From Chrysomallon squamiferum (Eukaryota; Animalia; Mollusca): a stretch of 64,000 nucleotides of DNA. The stretch is taken from contig CM022674.1 of the NCBI GenBank assembly GCA_012295275.1, forward strand, positions 13,826,001 to 13,890,000, written 5' to 3'. The translations under genes and the position numbers were made by a program. Below the pieces are notes generated by a model, which saw only the letters and a program-made list of their open reading frames with translations, searched no databases and was not told the DNA's origin. Positions 40,801-53,671 of the stretch are shown here, in pieces; position 1 is the stretch's first letter, and the number at the start of each line of letters is the position of its first letter.

Positions 40801-40972
40801 GCTTCAGGCTGAGATTGAGGCCATTAATCTGTTGAGTTTACTGGATGAAGACAAAGATGGACAACTATCACCTGTAGAAGTACTGAAACAACAAAACGAG
40901 TTTTTGTTCAGCAGAGTTGCGAATTTGGTAGGGATTTTACACAGTCCTGCCGACAGATTTGATATCAGTTGA
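36636..40972 (+). CDS. Divergent Cab45/SDF4 paralog (multi-EF-hand, signal peptide, no HDEF), 6 exons, ~365 aa
   Basis: Exons 36636-36973, 37483-37619, 37981-38094, 38648-38806, 40001-40155, 40778-40972 (1098 nt, open). Internal exons of 137, 114 and 159 nt and all phases are identical to the neighbouring SDF4. Motifs LKPINHVKAI..HKELFLG, DVDSDLFLSKQE, DNALSRSE, DTNEDGVLSEEE, DRNKDGSATKDE, DEDKDGQLSPVE; ends ILHSPADRFDIS*. Confidence 0.9.
38940..39251. mobile_element. Non-autonomous hAT-like DNA transposon (MITE) in intron 4 of the SDF4 paralog
   Basis: Imperfect TIRs CAATGGTGGAAAAACT / AGATCTGTCACCACTG; flanking 8-bp near-duplication GTATATAG (38932-38939) / GTATGTAG (39252-39259), the TSD length of hAT elements; subterminal GTGTCAC repeats. 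Confidence 0.6.
39468..39608 (+). repeat. Degenerate TTAGGG/TTAGGA-like hexamer tract
   Basis: GTTAGGATTAAAGTAAGGATTAGGATTAGG...GGGTCAGGGTAAGG...ATTAGGGTTAGAG. Confidence 0.5.
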
Positions 40973-41029
40973 ATTTCAGTAAACTGTTTTCAGTTTTAAA
41001 ATGTTAAACTTCAATGGAATGTATAAGTT

Positions 41030-41450
41030 ATGTTATTGTTGATAGTTTTTTTATTATGAATTTTAGTGATAAAAGGAACTTTTAGAGGAAAAGAACTTTA
41101 TTCTTATTAGATGTTATGAATTGTAATATTTGTTTCAGTTGTTTGAAAGAACATTATTGTTCAAAGATTTATTACTAATTTTAATAATAATTTCAGTGTT
41201 AAATTTTTGTTGGAAACAATATTGTTGAAAAATTTTATTATGAATTTTAGTAATTGTTTTAATATTAAAATGTAAATTTGTGCATGAAAACATAATATAT
41301 TTCACAGATATTATGAATGTTCATAATCAATGATAAAACATTTTGTTAGAACAAACACTATTGTTGAAAGATTTTATATTGAATTTTAGTAATTGTTGAA
41401 ATGTTAAAAGATAAAATACTGTTAGAAACAAAATTATTTTAAATTTTTTA
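41030..41450 (+). repeat. Degenerate ~60-70-nt tandem repeat in the 3' UTR of the SDF4 paralog
   Basis: Recurrent ATTGTTGAAAGATTTTATTATGAATTTTAGTAAT-like units at ~41036, 41156, 41221 and 41360. Confidence 0.5.
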
Positions 41451-42626
41451 TTATTTTTTATTTTTATTTTTACATATTAATGAATATTCCATTGTTTAAA
41501 GTTATAACTTTTATGTTGTAAAGATTATTTATTTATTTATTTTTTAAAATTAAATTAACAAAATAACAGAAAAATTCTTTGTGTCAAATAAACGTTCATG
41601 AAAACTTTCAAAATTGGGAAATAATGCATTTTAATATCAATGTATTCTTTTAATCCTGTTCAGAATTAAGTTGTTCACATTGCCAGAAGCCAGCCTGTAA
41701 TAAGTCCACAATTTATTTAGTATTTTTTTTAAATTTTTCTTTTATTTGAAACTTAAAACCCCCCAAAAATAATTTAATCCTAGTTGTGACTTAGTGCTTC
41801 ATGCCCACATACATTTCTTGTTAAACACAAATACTTGTCACTTTCAAGGCCAACTGGAGCCTACACAAACCCTACACAAGAACTGAATGTGTTTATTTAT
41901 TCCTCAGTGACATTCAATACAGCATTAAATGTATTTTAATAATTGTCAGTATTTGATTATTATTATTATTATTATTGGGTTTTTTAATTATATTAGTAGT
42001 TTATTGAAGTAGTATAACTATTAGTGCCAGTAAAATATTTCCTGGTTTTTTTCTTTCAAATTTTCAACATCTCAAGAGAGACACACCTATCTCTTGTAAC
42101 ATTAATTTTGTCGTTTTTGTTTGTACATGTGAATGAAAGTCATTTTATTTATTTTATTGTTTTTAATTTTTTTTATTTTTATTTATTTATTTTTTTTTAT
42201 ATTATATTAGATATTATATTATATTATATTATACTATCATTTTTTGAGGGGGATAGTGGTAATTTTTAATTGTTAAAGAAAAATAATGAGAAGAAGAAAG
42301 ATGTATTAATATTGCATTTTAATTATTTATTTGTTTACTGTTTTTATATGACGTGAATCTAAACTAATTCACTGTGTAAGAGTAAACAAAATTAATTTAC
42401 ATAAGTTTAATTTCCCAGTGTGCTTATGAAATAAACCATATCATTGTTAAAATCAGTTTTAAGTATTTGTTAAAGTATGTTAATGTTATGAATTAAGAAA
42501 TATTTATTTTTTGAAAATATAATAGGTATTAAATGGAAGTTATATCTCATTTGAGTCATTTATGTAAATGTGTTAAAGTAATAAATGAGGTGTTTTATGT
42601 TTCCTAATATTAAAAACAGTTGTGTA

Positions 42627-42664
<38 letters not shown>

Positions 42665-44245
42665 GAATCATCCAAGATATCATTAAATACGATTAGATAA
42701 AGCACTGCCAGTACAAACAGGCGATACATTTAGCCAGCGTTGTATATACTATGAACCTATAAAAAGAGGCTACAGAATCAGCAAATTAATTCAGCAGTTA
42801 CAATCACTTGCTGTAAAATTCCTGTGTAAACCTCGACAGAAAAACAAACAGCCAATTATAAATAATTAATATTGATTAATAATTCATACTGTGCATTTAT
42901 GTGTTTGCATGGATAATTTGCCTTTATGTTTACATCTTAAAGCATGGTGCGGTAATTAATATATAATTATGTTAAAAATTAACTTAAAATCCGTATCATC
43001 ACTTACCTGAAGGATAAAAATCGTTACTGTCACTTTATCAGATACGCTTTTCGATTAATACCAAAGTATTTTTTTATATATATATATATATACGAACCTT
43101 CTCATACTTTGGAAAATATATAAACATATCTTAGAACAGTGCTGGAACAGGATGTACCAAAGATCAAACTGAAAGGATTGATCCTGCGAACCACTATGCT
43201 TCAGACCAGAGCATTAAGCACTGAGCAGTTTGACCCTAATGAACTGTTACCCGGCCTTTTGTAGGCAAACAAGATTTCAGAAAATGGATTTCAGTAAAAC
43301 GAAGTTATTTTGTTACATGTTCCATTTTATTCATCTTAACAGAGTTACGTGTTATGTTTAAACGTATTTAATACACGCAAACACCGGGAGAGTTGTGTCC
43401 CTTCCTCTTTCGACTTTATAAACCAATAATTTTTATAATTATTTAATTTTTTAATAATAATAATTCATTTTATCTATTAGCAACAAGTCATATTTTACAA
43501 ATACTTTCTCATAAGCGGAAAAAGGTTCGGTGTCAATGATTTAAAGATAGTTTTACATTGATTTTTTCCACGAATTTTAATATTATTATACATCTAATGA
43601 TTTCCGCTGGCTGATATATATTTCACTTTTACAGCAGAACCCATAACAGAGAAATCTCAATGGATTTTCTTTATGATCTTCATTATTAAATTTAGTTAGT
43701 TGCGCCATTGCATAATATTTAATAGTTCGTTGATTGGTTAATATTATTGGCAAGTCTCATTTAGCGAGGCCTACATACTAAAATTTGTTTAACGAGACTG
43801 GAAGGATCACGACAATATAGCAATCAATTTAGTAATCATTATGGAACTTCTCCCCCCAGCTTTTCCCTCATCTTGAAAACAAAATGCTTTATTGTACAGC
43901 TTCATTACTACGTGACGTAAAACATGAAATGATGGGTTGTAATTTCGTCAAATTCTCTTACGGAGTATATTTAATTATTGGCGATAATGGTCGACCTGTG
44001 TCATGCGGGCCATTTTTTGTAACGTGATGGTTTTAATGAACATGTTTTGTATTTTCGGTAAAGACATTAAACTTCTGCACGATATGCCGGTATTTGCTAA
44101 TTTTGTGGATTTACGTTGTTATAATATTTTATAATACGTTATATCTGTTCTTTATAATTTTGAGTTTAGTCGTGTATATTCTCTTTCATTCTAGAACTAA
44201 ATGGTTTAGAAAACAAAAAATCGCCTGTATGCTTATTTATTTATT

Positions 44246-44304
<59 letters not shown>

Positions 44305-44626
44305 GATCATCATCATCATCATAATCATTAAAATACATCAAAATTAATCAGTCTGATGTCCTCCGAGCCATTAACTTTTCAGTCTCTTGTGGAATTAATA
44401 AATGAATATTTACTTTCTACCCAGACAAATTCAATCCCTTTCTCTTAATACTGGGTATGATTAATTATCCGTCGATACTCAACCCAAATCAAACAAAACC
44501 CACCTCCACTGACCATCCCACAGAGCACCAAACACTCTACACCCATTTTGTAATCGTCCACTGTTTGACGGCCGTGAAACCGAAATACTTGAGCTAAAAT
44601 CCTGTTCATTCTCTTTCTGCGAGTAA

Positions 44627-44661
<35 letters not shown>

Positions 44662-45535
44662 GATTATTATTATTATTATTATTATTAAATCAATTTATTT
44701 TGAATTTTTTTAACCTAATATTAGCGTCTTTACAATAATGAGCTAAGATCGTCACTTTGTAGAAAATAGCAATTAAAATGAAAAGTTTTATCTGAAAAAT
44801 AAATTTGTATTTAGTCTTGTTTTTTTTGTGTTTATTTTATTTTATTTATTTATTCACTTATTTATTTATTTGGTAAAAGTTTATTTACATTAGCTTACAG
44901 ACTAATATTTCGGACTTCGTTAACTAAAATCTTTGATCATGGTAATGAAAGGGTTGTTGTAACTGACAATTTAAGTAAATTCATAGAAGAGCAAATATAT
45001 AATATTTATCGATTAATTAATTGATTTACCTGTTAACGAATCATGACTGATACTCGAAGAAAGAAAAATACCCACTTAAAAACAGCGTGGGTTGTTGGCG
45101 GACTGGCTAATGAAAAACCAGTCTGCCAAAAGTCGCAGCTAACCGGTAAAGTAATCGCGTTCAATTAGGGAATTATAACAGCTAATTTGGTCTTTTATTT
45201 ACAAGTTTTCAGTCATAAATGAGAAATTTGCAAGCTGTTGTTATGTTGTAATTTCCACCAGTTCCGAAGACGTTATGAACACAAGAATACAACCTATTCA
45301 TGTTTATTTGCATGGTTACTACAAACGCTGTTTTCTACTACAGAATTAAGTTTTTGCGGTAGTTAATTTTTTGTGTGTTTTGTTACTAATTAACCCCACC
45401 TTAACTTGGCTTTATCCTTTTCAATCAATAACTTCAACAATGGTTGAACATGTTTGATCGTTTGCTGTCAAGTACTTTCTTGACTCAATTAGGATTGGCT
45501 TCTGTATTGCTTGCGAAAAATATCTCATTAATTCA

Positions 45536-45538
<3 letters not shown>

Positions 45539-45624
<86 letters not shown>
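45539..45624. repeat. (CT)n microsatellite, representative of many (CT)n, (GT)n, (TA)n, (AAT)n and (AAAT)n tracts
   Basis: Direct inspection; others at ~15364-15405, 23593-23640, 37034-37119, 48221-48306, 53547-53710 and 59916-59970. Confidence 0.95.
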
Positions 45625-45627
<3 letters not shown>

Positions 45628-46272
45628 ACACATTTAAAAAAATATATCCATATAATTATTAGAATAACAAAATCTTATAGACTACGTGTTTCTTTCTATT
45701 CTTCTTTGTATTGAATATATCAAAAAAAAAATAATAATAATAATAATAATAATAATCTGCATATAAAGAATATTCATAAAGTCCATCGATCTCTGTATAA
45801 TGTAATATATGCGATTATTGTTATTGTTATTGTTATTATTATTGTTGTTGTTGTTGTTGTTTTTTTTTTTTTTTTTGAAGAGCTCAGGTTACGAGCCAGT
45901 AGAAACCGTCATAGTCAGAGTGCATTGCGAGCTTTACTATAAAACAAATATTTTTTCTTCACAATTTTTTTCTTTTTTGTCATCGTAACAAGAAATAAAA
46001 CACGAATGACCTTAATACTGAACAAAAGATAACAGAGCAAAAGATGTTGCGCCAAAGTGACGTAATTGCAAAGGTAAAATGCATGTCATTAAGCTCAAGT
46101 AAAAATACTCAAAAGCCAAACAAAAAAATATCCTTGTCTTATAATGTTATAACGTAAGTGTGCTACATATGAGTGCATTCACTCTTGCGTCTGTGCGTGT
46201 TTACTGATGTATGCAGGCGCATCTTTTTAATCTTTATAATTACTAGCTCCTTTTTAATTCTTTGTTACTTTC

Positions 46273-46329
<57 letters not shown>

Positions 46330-46790
46330 AAAAAAAATAATTAAAATTGTAACTATTACTATTAGGAATTTTATTATATTTAATTGCTATTACTGAAATT
46401 AAAAACAGCGCCCACTATACCAAGTTTATTGACCTGTCACAACTACAGACTGTGTTTTATTTACAGGTGTTAAAAGGCTTATAGGTTCTGATATTTTGGG
46501 AAATACATTTTATCGCAAAGTCTTCAGGGAATCAGATATTAAATTAACTTTATTTTTTATTCAGTGATGGTTTTTTAAAACTAATTCTTTCTCGTGTTTA
46601 TTTTCAACAGACTAACATTGTATTTTGATCGATAAATCATGAATTTTTTTTGAGATACTTGTTTATCTAAGTATGACTGAATCTATCGAAATGAACTCAA
46701 AATCGCGGACTTCATCGCAGTTATACGATGTTGAATAAACAATTCCTATTTATATAATTTTACTATGTTTCGTTTTTTCTTTTTCTTTCC

Positions 46791-46826
<36 letters not shown>

Positions 46827-47107
46827 ATTTTATTATTATTATTATTATTTTTTTTTTTTTGATTTTCATATTCTGCATCCTTCAGACTTACTATATCTAT
46901 TTTAGTGGATGAAACTTTAAGTATATAATTGTACATGAATAGATCTGAACAATCGTCTATCGGCTTTAATTTGCAATATCATTAATTTGCGCCATTATCT
47001 GTCCATAACGAGAAATATCTCAACAGATTCATTAGGAGAAACTGATCCCAGGACCCACGACACATTGAGTAGACACTCTACTAAATGAGACACGCCCCAT
47101 TCCTCGG

Positions 47108-47335
47108 AATAGGTTGTCGGATCGATCCATGTTTATGTACTCATTTATCTTTTTCTCGTTCCAGCCAAATGGTATAAGAAAGACTGTCAAATATGCTTCC
47201 CTGTTTGCGGGATGGTTTATATAAAATTTCCCTTGCTGCTAACTGGAAAGAGTAGCCGATGTTGTTTATGTGAGTGATCCTTAAAGAGACGTTGTGTAAT
47301 GAAAAATAGCATAGTGTGTTTTGTTAAATAAACCA
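47108..47335 (+). mobile_element. Degenerate tRNA-derived SINE-like element
   Basis: GGATCGATCC (B-box-like) ... TTTCTCGTTCCAGCC ... CTGTTTGCGGGATGG ... ATAAAATTTCCCTTGCTGCTAA...AAGAGTAGCC ... GTTAAATAAA tail. The core recurs several times in the window in both orientations and resembles a gastropod SINE family as I recall it (not searched). Confidence 0.6.
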
Positions 47336-47425
47336 TTATCATCTTTCCTTACAACATGATTATTTTACTTATACACACTCACACACACACAACGTACATA
47401 CATACACATATACATACACATAAAC

Positions 47426-47464
<39 letters not shown>

Positions 47465-47537
47465 CTTCGTACACACACATATACACACACGTACGTACAT
47501 ACATACGTACATACATACACACATACATACATATAAT

Positions 47538-47584
<47 letters not shown>

Positions 47585-48218
47585 CACACACATACATATA
47601 TATGTCATCATTTGCACCTAATTAGCAATAAGTCACGTTCTATAATTAAGTAATAAAGAACACGAACGTAAGCAGACCGTTGTGACGTTTAGGCCCTCTT
47701 TCAGAAACCAAACTTTGCAGAGCGGAACTATTCCACAGAACGTAGCCATTCCGGTGATTAATCTCACAATACACACGTTTTTCTTTTACTTTTCATGGGA
47801 GTTCATTTGTAAAGTTCGCAAGCAAATTTCCGCGTTAATTAGTCAACAAGCAAATCGAGTGAAAAGAAAATCAAGTAGCGACAATTAGATTTGCAGAACT
47901 GCGAACCTTAATACTTTTTTGTTTTTGGAAAGATGTTTAAATAATTAAAGGTGAGTTGTTTATTCGCTGAACGTATACGAAAATGAATGTAGGTATGTTT
48001 CGTATTGTTTTGTCTTTTTTGTTCTGTTGTTAGGTACGTATTTAGTGTTCCGTGATCTTCTGACTGGGAAATCAGTGATGCGTAAAGTGAATGGATTGAT
48101 TTGTTAGATTTTTCAAGAGACCAGCAATGCATAATATATACAATTATATCATATTTATCTTAGTAAATTTGATAGATCCGCTTATCCTTTTATTACTATT
48201 TATTAATTTTTTTTTTCA

Positions 48219-48316
<98 letters not shown>

Positions 48317-49133
48317 AACACACATTTGTATGTGTGGGCCTCTCAACCTATTTTTCAGTTATATTTATAATTTATAATAATATTTTCCGCATAACAACAA
48401 CAACAGCGATCATGATGATGATAATAATAATCGGAACAATAAAACTGAAGTAACAACAATATAATAAGAACAAAAAAATAACCACAAAAATCCACCTAAA
48501 AAAGGAAATAAATAAATAAATAAATAAAAAAAACAACAAAAAAATAAATAAATAAATAAAAAAACCCAATAAAAAAAATAAAAAAAAGGCATAAAACAAC
48601 AACAACAAAAATTAATAAGTAAATAAATAAAATAAAATAAAATAAAAAAGTGAAGGTGTGTGTGTGTGTGTGTGTTTTAAAAAAAAAAAAAAAAAACAAC
48701 AATAGCGATTCAATTATAAAATGTTACCTCACGCACACACATCTTCTGACTGATGACGTCATGTTGTTATTGACGTTAGATAGTACAAAAACGGAAACTG
48801 TATTATTGGGTGGATGCGGACGAATTTTTATAATTTCAGAGAGATAAGGTGAAAAATAGATTAACAGGTTAATTATACATACATACATACATACATACAT
48901 ACATACTTACATACAAACACACACACACACACATATATTACTACTACTACTCTGCTACAGCTAACAATTCTAGTACAGCTACTACTGCTACGGCTGCAAC
49001 TGTGGTTGCTACATTCAACTACTGTTGCTGATGCTAGAATTATGAATATTTTCGCTGTGCAACAGAAACGAAAACGAACTACATTTTAAACACACACTCA
49101 CAAAAACACATGCGCACACACATCAACGCATGC

Positions 49134-49174
<41 letters not shown>

Positions 49175-49537
49175 AAAACGGAGAATAAAAAATATCCACC
49201 CAATTCCGGTGTCCTGTGATTCACGAATACTAAAATATAATTTTTTTCCCATTCCGACCTTTTGTCTTGGACCGATGCTGTTCGATTTGGAGAAGTTACA
49301 TAGCACACGCGCGCGCACTCATATATACACACACACAGACACAAAATCATATATATATACACACACATACATACATATATTCGCAAACACATACATGCAA
49401 ACACATATTTGATCGATCCGTTTGGCTTATATATATATGTATATCTTTTAATTAAAAAAATATATATAATCAATGGATATTACTATCAGATTACAGGGTT
49501 GTTTTGTTGTTTTTTTGTTTTTGTTTTTGTTTTTTTT

Positions 49538-49576
<39 letters not shown>

Positions 49577-49685
49577 TAAATAATATATTCATCATCATCA
49601 TCATCATAACAACAACGACAACAATACCCCCATAAATAGCAACAGTATTAATAACAATAGACAAGAAAACAAAAAAAAAACAACA

Positions 49686-49880
49686 TTGGTGAGAAATCCA
49701 CTGTCGCTAATATACAAACATTCTCTGATTTATTAGCAGTAAGGAATCTTAAATGCACCTTCCCTCAAACTCGAAAACATATAACACCAAATTTAGCGTA
49801 TTAGTTGGTATGACGTCACTGAAAAGATTTGATCTCGCGACATAGCATGTCTCAGCAGTAGAGCTAGCTGACCACTGAAT
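49686..49880 (-). mobile_element. Degenerate SINE-like copy just upstream of the signal-peptide gene promoter
   Basis: GAAATCCACTGTCGC...TTAGCAGTAAGGAATCTTAAATGCACCTTCCC...GATTTGATCTCGCGAC...GACCACTGA is an inverted, diverged copy of the 47.1-47.3 kb element; it contains TGACGTCA at 49811. Confidence 0.5.
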
Positions 49881-50038
49881 CACGAGTTACTCCCCCTCTG
49901 ACAATATTGCACGCACTCTCGGTACCAAACGATCAATATCATTCACTATGGTACTTAGTCTCCGCCCTATTGTTTTACGTCAATATTGTAGCTCCACCCT
50001 CGATTCTTGAATAACCAAAACACCGATAAAAATCAAAC

Positions 50039-50047
50039 CTATATAAA
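50039..50047 (+). promoter_or_regulatory. TATA box of the signal-peptide gene
   Basis: CTATATAAA ~115 nt upstream of ATG 50161 in a CpG-rich segment; full CRE at 49811. Confidence 0.6.
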
Positions 50048-50160
50048 CGACAGTTCTTCCGACACCGTGTTATTCAGAAGACAGATATACTAAAAATATT
50101 TTTAGTCGACAGCGCTACGCACCAGTAGGAGGAATTCAGCACAGAGAAGAAAGAAACAAA

Positions 50161-50253
50161 ATGACGTCGTACAGAGACTTGTTTAAGACACTGATGTTCA
50201 TTTCGCTGATTCTTTGCAGCACGTGTGCTCCGAGTAAAAAATTGTCTAAACGG
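50161..50253 (+). CDS. First coding exon of an unidentified secreted protein or precursor (signal peptide then KR); partial
   Basis: ACAAAATG context; MTSYRDLFKTLMFISLILCSTCAPSKKLSKR followed by a strong phase-0 donor CGG|GTAAGA. No convincing second exon up to 64000. Confidence 0.6.
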
Positions 50254-50343
50254 GTAAGATTTTTCTTCTTCGATTATCTTTTTTATTTTTATTTTTAATT
50301 TTTATTCTCCTTCTTCTACTTTATTTTCTCTTCTTCTTCCTCT

Positions 50344-50394
<51 letters not shown>

Positions 50395-50916
50395 GATTAA
50401 AATTGTAGCAAATAAAAGCCGACGTAATGAATTTTTAAATTTTTGTATAAGTTATTATTTAAAGTGTTGAAACTGGGTTACCCCCAATGAGAGTAAATTC
50501 TTTCTTTTTACACGATTGAGCTGAGTCTATGGGAACAAGATTCCTTCAAAATTAGCTAAATTCCACATTTACCAATATTTACATATACACAACACGAACA
50601 GTGTTTGGCAGTCTTATTAACAATAATTATAATAAAAGCATAAAAAGACTTTCTTTGCGGTTTCGCTCATTTGCAAAAATTGAATTTCATTTGGACCATA
50701 TCTCTGAACGATACCAGTATCCAATAAATATTGTGAGGACTGTTTTTCAACGGATGCGTGGATCTTGTCTGAGTGGATTCAGGTTATGTATGTTAATCTG
50801 GATGTATTGTTTAATAAGTTTTGATGGAACCAGTTAAAAAGGGATGTGTGCTTTACATAATTGTCAAAATGAGCGGTACTGTTAATTTTTGGAGTTGGTC
50901 AGTTTAAACAGAAGTT

Positions 50917-51060
50917 AGGTAAATAGGGTGTTGCTATAGTAGGCAAACAGGGCATTGTTATGGTAGATAACCAGGGTGTTGCTATGGTAGGTAAAAAGTA
51001 TGTTGCTATGGTACGTAAACAGGGTGTTGCTAAGGTAGGTAAACAGGGTGTTGCTATGGT
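50917..51060 (+). repeat. 24-nt minisatellite x6
   Basis: Consensus AGGTAAACAGGGTGTTGCTATGGT, six contiguous copies. Confidence 0.9.
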
Positions 51061-51128
51061 AAGCTAAGTGATAAACTGATCAGATACGAAACGACACTAA
51101 ATTAACACTGTTACAAAATAAATAAATA

Positions 51129-51169
<41 letters not shown>

Positions 51170-52616
51170 GCAAAAACAACAACAACAAAAAAGCACATAC
51201 ATTATGTACGTGTGTATATATATATATATATATATCTAATATTAACATCAGAAAAATTTGCTATTAAGATAACAGTCATTTCCACTTGAAAGTTTAACGC
51301 CCAATCAAATCATCGCAAAAAACCCGCTGAAACCCAAGACGCATAAAAAAGTTCGTCTGCGCTGTTCTCCACAGAGGACTCAGGCCGCGACAGTCATTAA
51401 TGTTAAACAACCAGGTGCAGTTTGCTTCAAAAAAAAACAACAACAAATAAAACAGAAACAAATTCCAGACCTGACATTTATTTGAAACCTGCCGCTTGTT
51501 TTCTTTTCAAACACAATTTGGAAATAAAAGATCATAAACTCCGAGTTTTATGTGTAAAGTATAATTTGAAGCTATAACATAAAGATTGAATGTTTTTAAT
51601 TTTCTCGCGCTTAAGAAATATTATTGTTCTGGGACATGCTATATTGAAACGAGACACTGAGAGAAACTGGAAATGAAAGATTTAATTCGTTTTTCATTAA
51701 TTTTCGTGATCTCCAAAAAAATACAGACGATACAAAAAAATATTCTAATCGATCGTTCAGTACCGCATGTTTAAACATACAGTATTAAGAGGCCGTCAGT
51801 TTTTTAAATAGAAGAAAAATGAAAAACTGATGGAGAAATCTTGACATCTTCTTTAACAGCTTTGAATTAGGTATTCACATCCAAATATCTTGTACTCATT
51901 AAAAAAAAAATAATAATAAAAAAAAAAAAATAATAATAATAATAAAAAGTAAATAAAAAAAACATTAACAAAAAATAAAAAATGTAAAAAATTAAATATA
52001 TAAAAATAAAATAATAAAGATCTCTAAAAAATAAGTAATAAATATAAAAAAAAATAAAAAAAATAAAAAAATAAAATAAATGTTTATTTTTTTTTTTTTT
52101 TTTTTTTTTTTATTATAATTTTTTTTTCAAAGTATATAAATAAATAAATATCTAATACGAATTTTTATATTAACTTTATTTTAATTTTTTTTTTTAAATT
52201 GAAAATTTATATGTTTGAAGTATTTTTTTCAACTTTATTCTGTATCAAGCTTATAAACACCATACGTCATCCCATTTCTAAGACGTCCCACTTGTCATAC
52301 GTCCCATTTGAGACGCTAGAGTTTCCCACTGTTCAAATATAATTCACCAGTCCTAATCCACAAAAAGCTTCACTGCAAGTCTTTGTCTGGAAAGAAGGTG
52401 CCAGTGTTTTGAGTTCGCAAGGCAGAAAAGACGAATTACCAATGGGAATAGTCTAGATGCACACGTCATCTTCTATTAAAGTAAAACTACGTTGCTTTAA
52501 AAACAAAAGAAAATATTTTAAGTGCAGGATTACTAGTGAAGATTAATTTTGCGAAATTTTGTGCAGTTTAAATCCTTGAGTTCTCTAAAACATTTTTCAT
52601 TTATGATATACTATTA

Positions 52617-53095
52617 CAGTCGAGCCTCCGTTTAACGGATTAGGTGAAAAATTGTCCGAAGACTATTAGAAGTAGAATAAATATTAATATGTATAAATGA
52701 ATATAATACTGAATAATAGAAAAGAGCTAAATTATTTTAAATTCACAATGTAAAATAATATGCAGAACTAAATTCACAGTTTTTACTCAAACAGATGGAT
52801 AAAAAATGTGTCTTATTTTGCTGTGATCGTATAGTGGCGCTATTCTCAAAAAAAAAAAAAAAAAAAAATAATAATAATAATATCTAGAGAATTTTAAGAT
52901 GAAATACAGAGACGCACTATATGAATAAACACGTGGCCACTGTAGACAAATAGACTGGCATACTCTTTCAAGCACTTTGGCAACTCTCGGACGGATTAGA
53001 AATTCGGTAGAGTCGGGAATACTCGTATAATTTCCAGATTTTCCGTATTTTCCGAAATCCGGGCAATAGGCGTCCGTTAAATGGAGTATCGAGTC
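52617..53095. mobile_element. Tc1/mariner-pogo (Tigger-like) non-autonomous element
   Basis: Left end TA|CAGTCGAGCCTCCGTTTAACGGA; right end TCCGTTAAATGGAGTATCGAGT is its imperfect reverse complement; CAGT terminus after TA is typical of pogo/Tigger; no transposase ORF. Confidence 0.6.
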
Positions 53096-53573
53096 GATAC
53101 TGATAAAACAATTTTATATTAACACATCTGTTAGTATTATGTCTAAAAAGTTTCAAGAAATTTGATGTTGTTAAATAATGCGCTTAAGAATACGTACTCA
53201 CGCCCACTCGCCCACACGCATACCTTAGAAATGTTGGCTGTTACCAAATATAATCTTATCCTCGTGTTCCCTGCTATCAGTTACAGCGGATTTTATCACA
53301 CGCCATGCTAGAGGTTGAATTCATTAAATTAAGCTTTAGATTAATAGACATGTTTATGACAAATGTCTTCACGTCTGCGTAGTTAGTTCGTTATTCATTT
53401 TAAATTTAAATACATCTCCGAAGCTGCGAATAAGAGCAGATTTGACTAATTACGAAGGAAATATGTTATTTAACGACGCGAAAAGAAACCCAACAAAAAA
53501 CAATGGACAACACGTTATTAATGGTTTCTTACCGTTAAAAAGTCTCCCTCTCTCCGTCTATCTGTCTCTCTCC

Positions 53574-53671
<98 letters not shown>

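Noticed and set aside
44094-49473. Numerous 60-116 aa ORFs (poly-L, ER, SL, HT, VC, YI)
   Set aside because: Translations of microsatellites and low-complexity DNA; the same applies to similar ORFs throughout the window.
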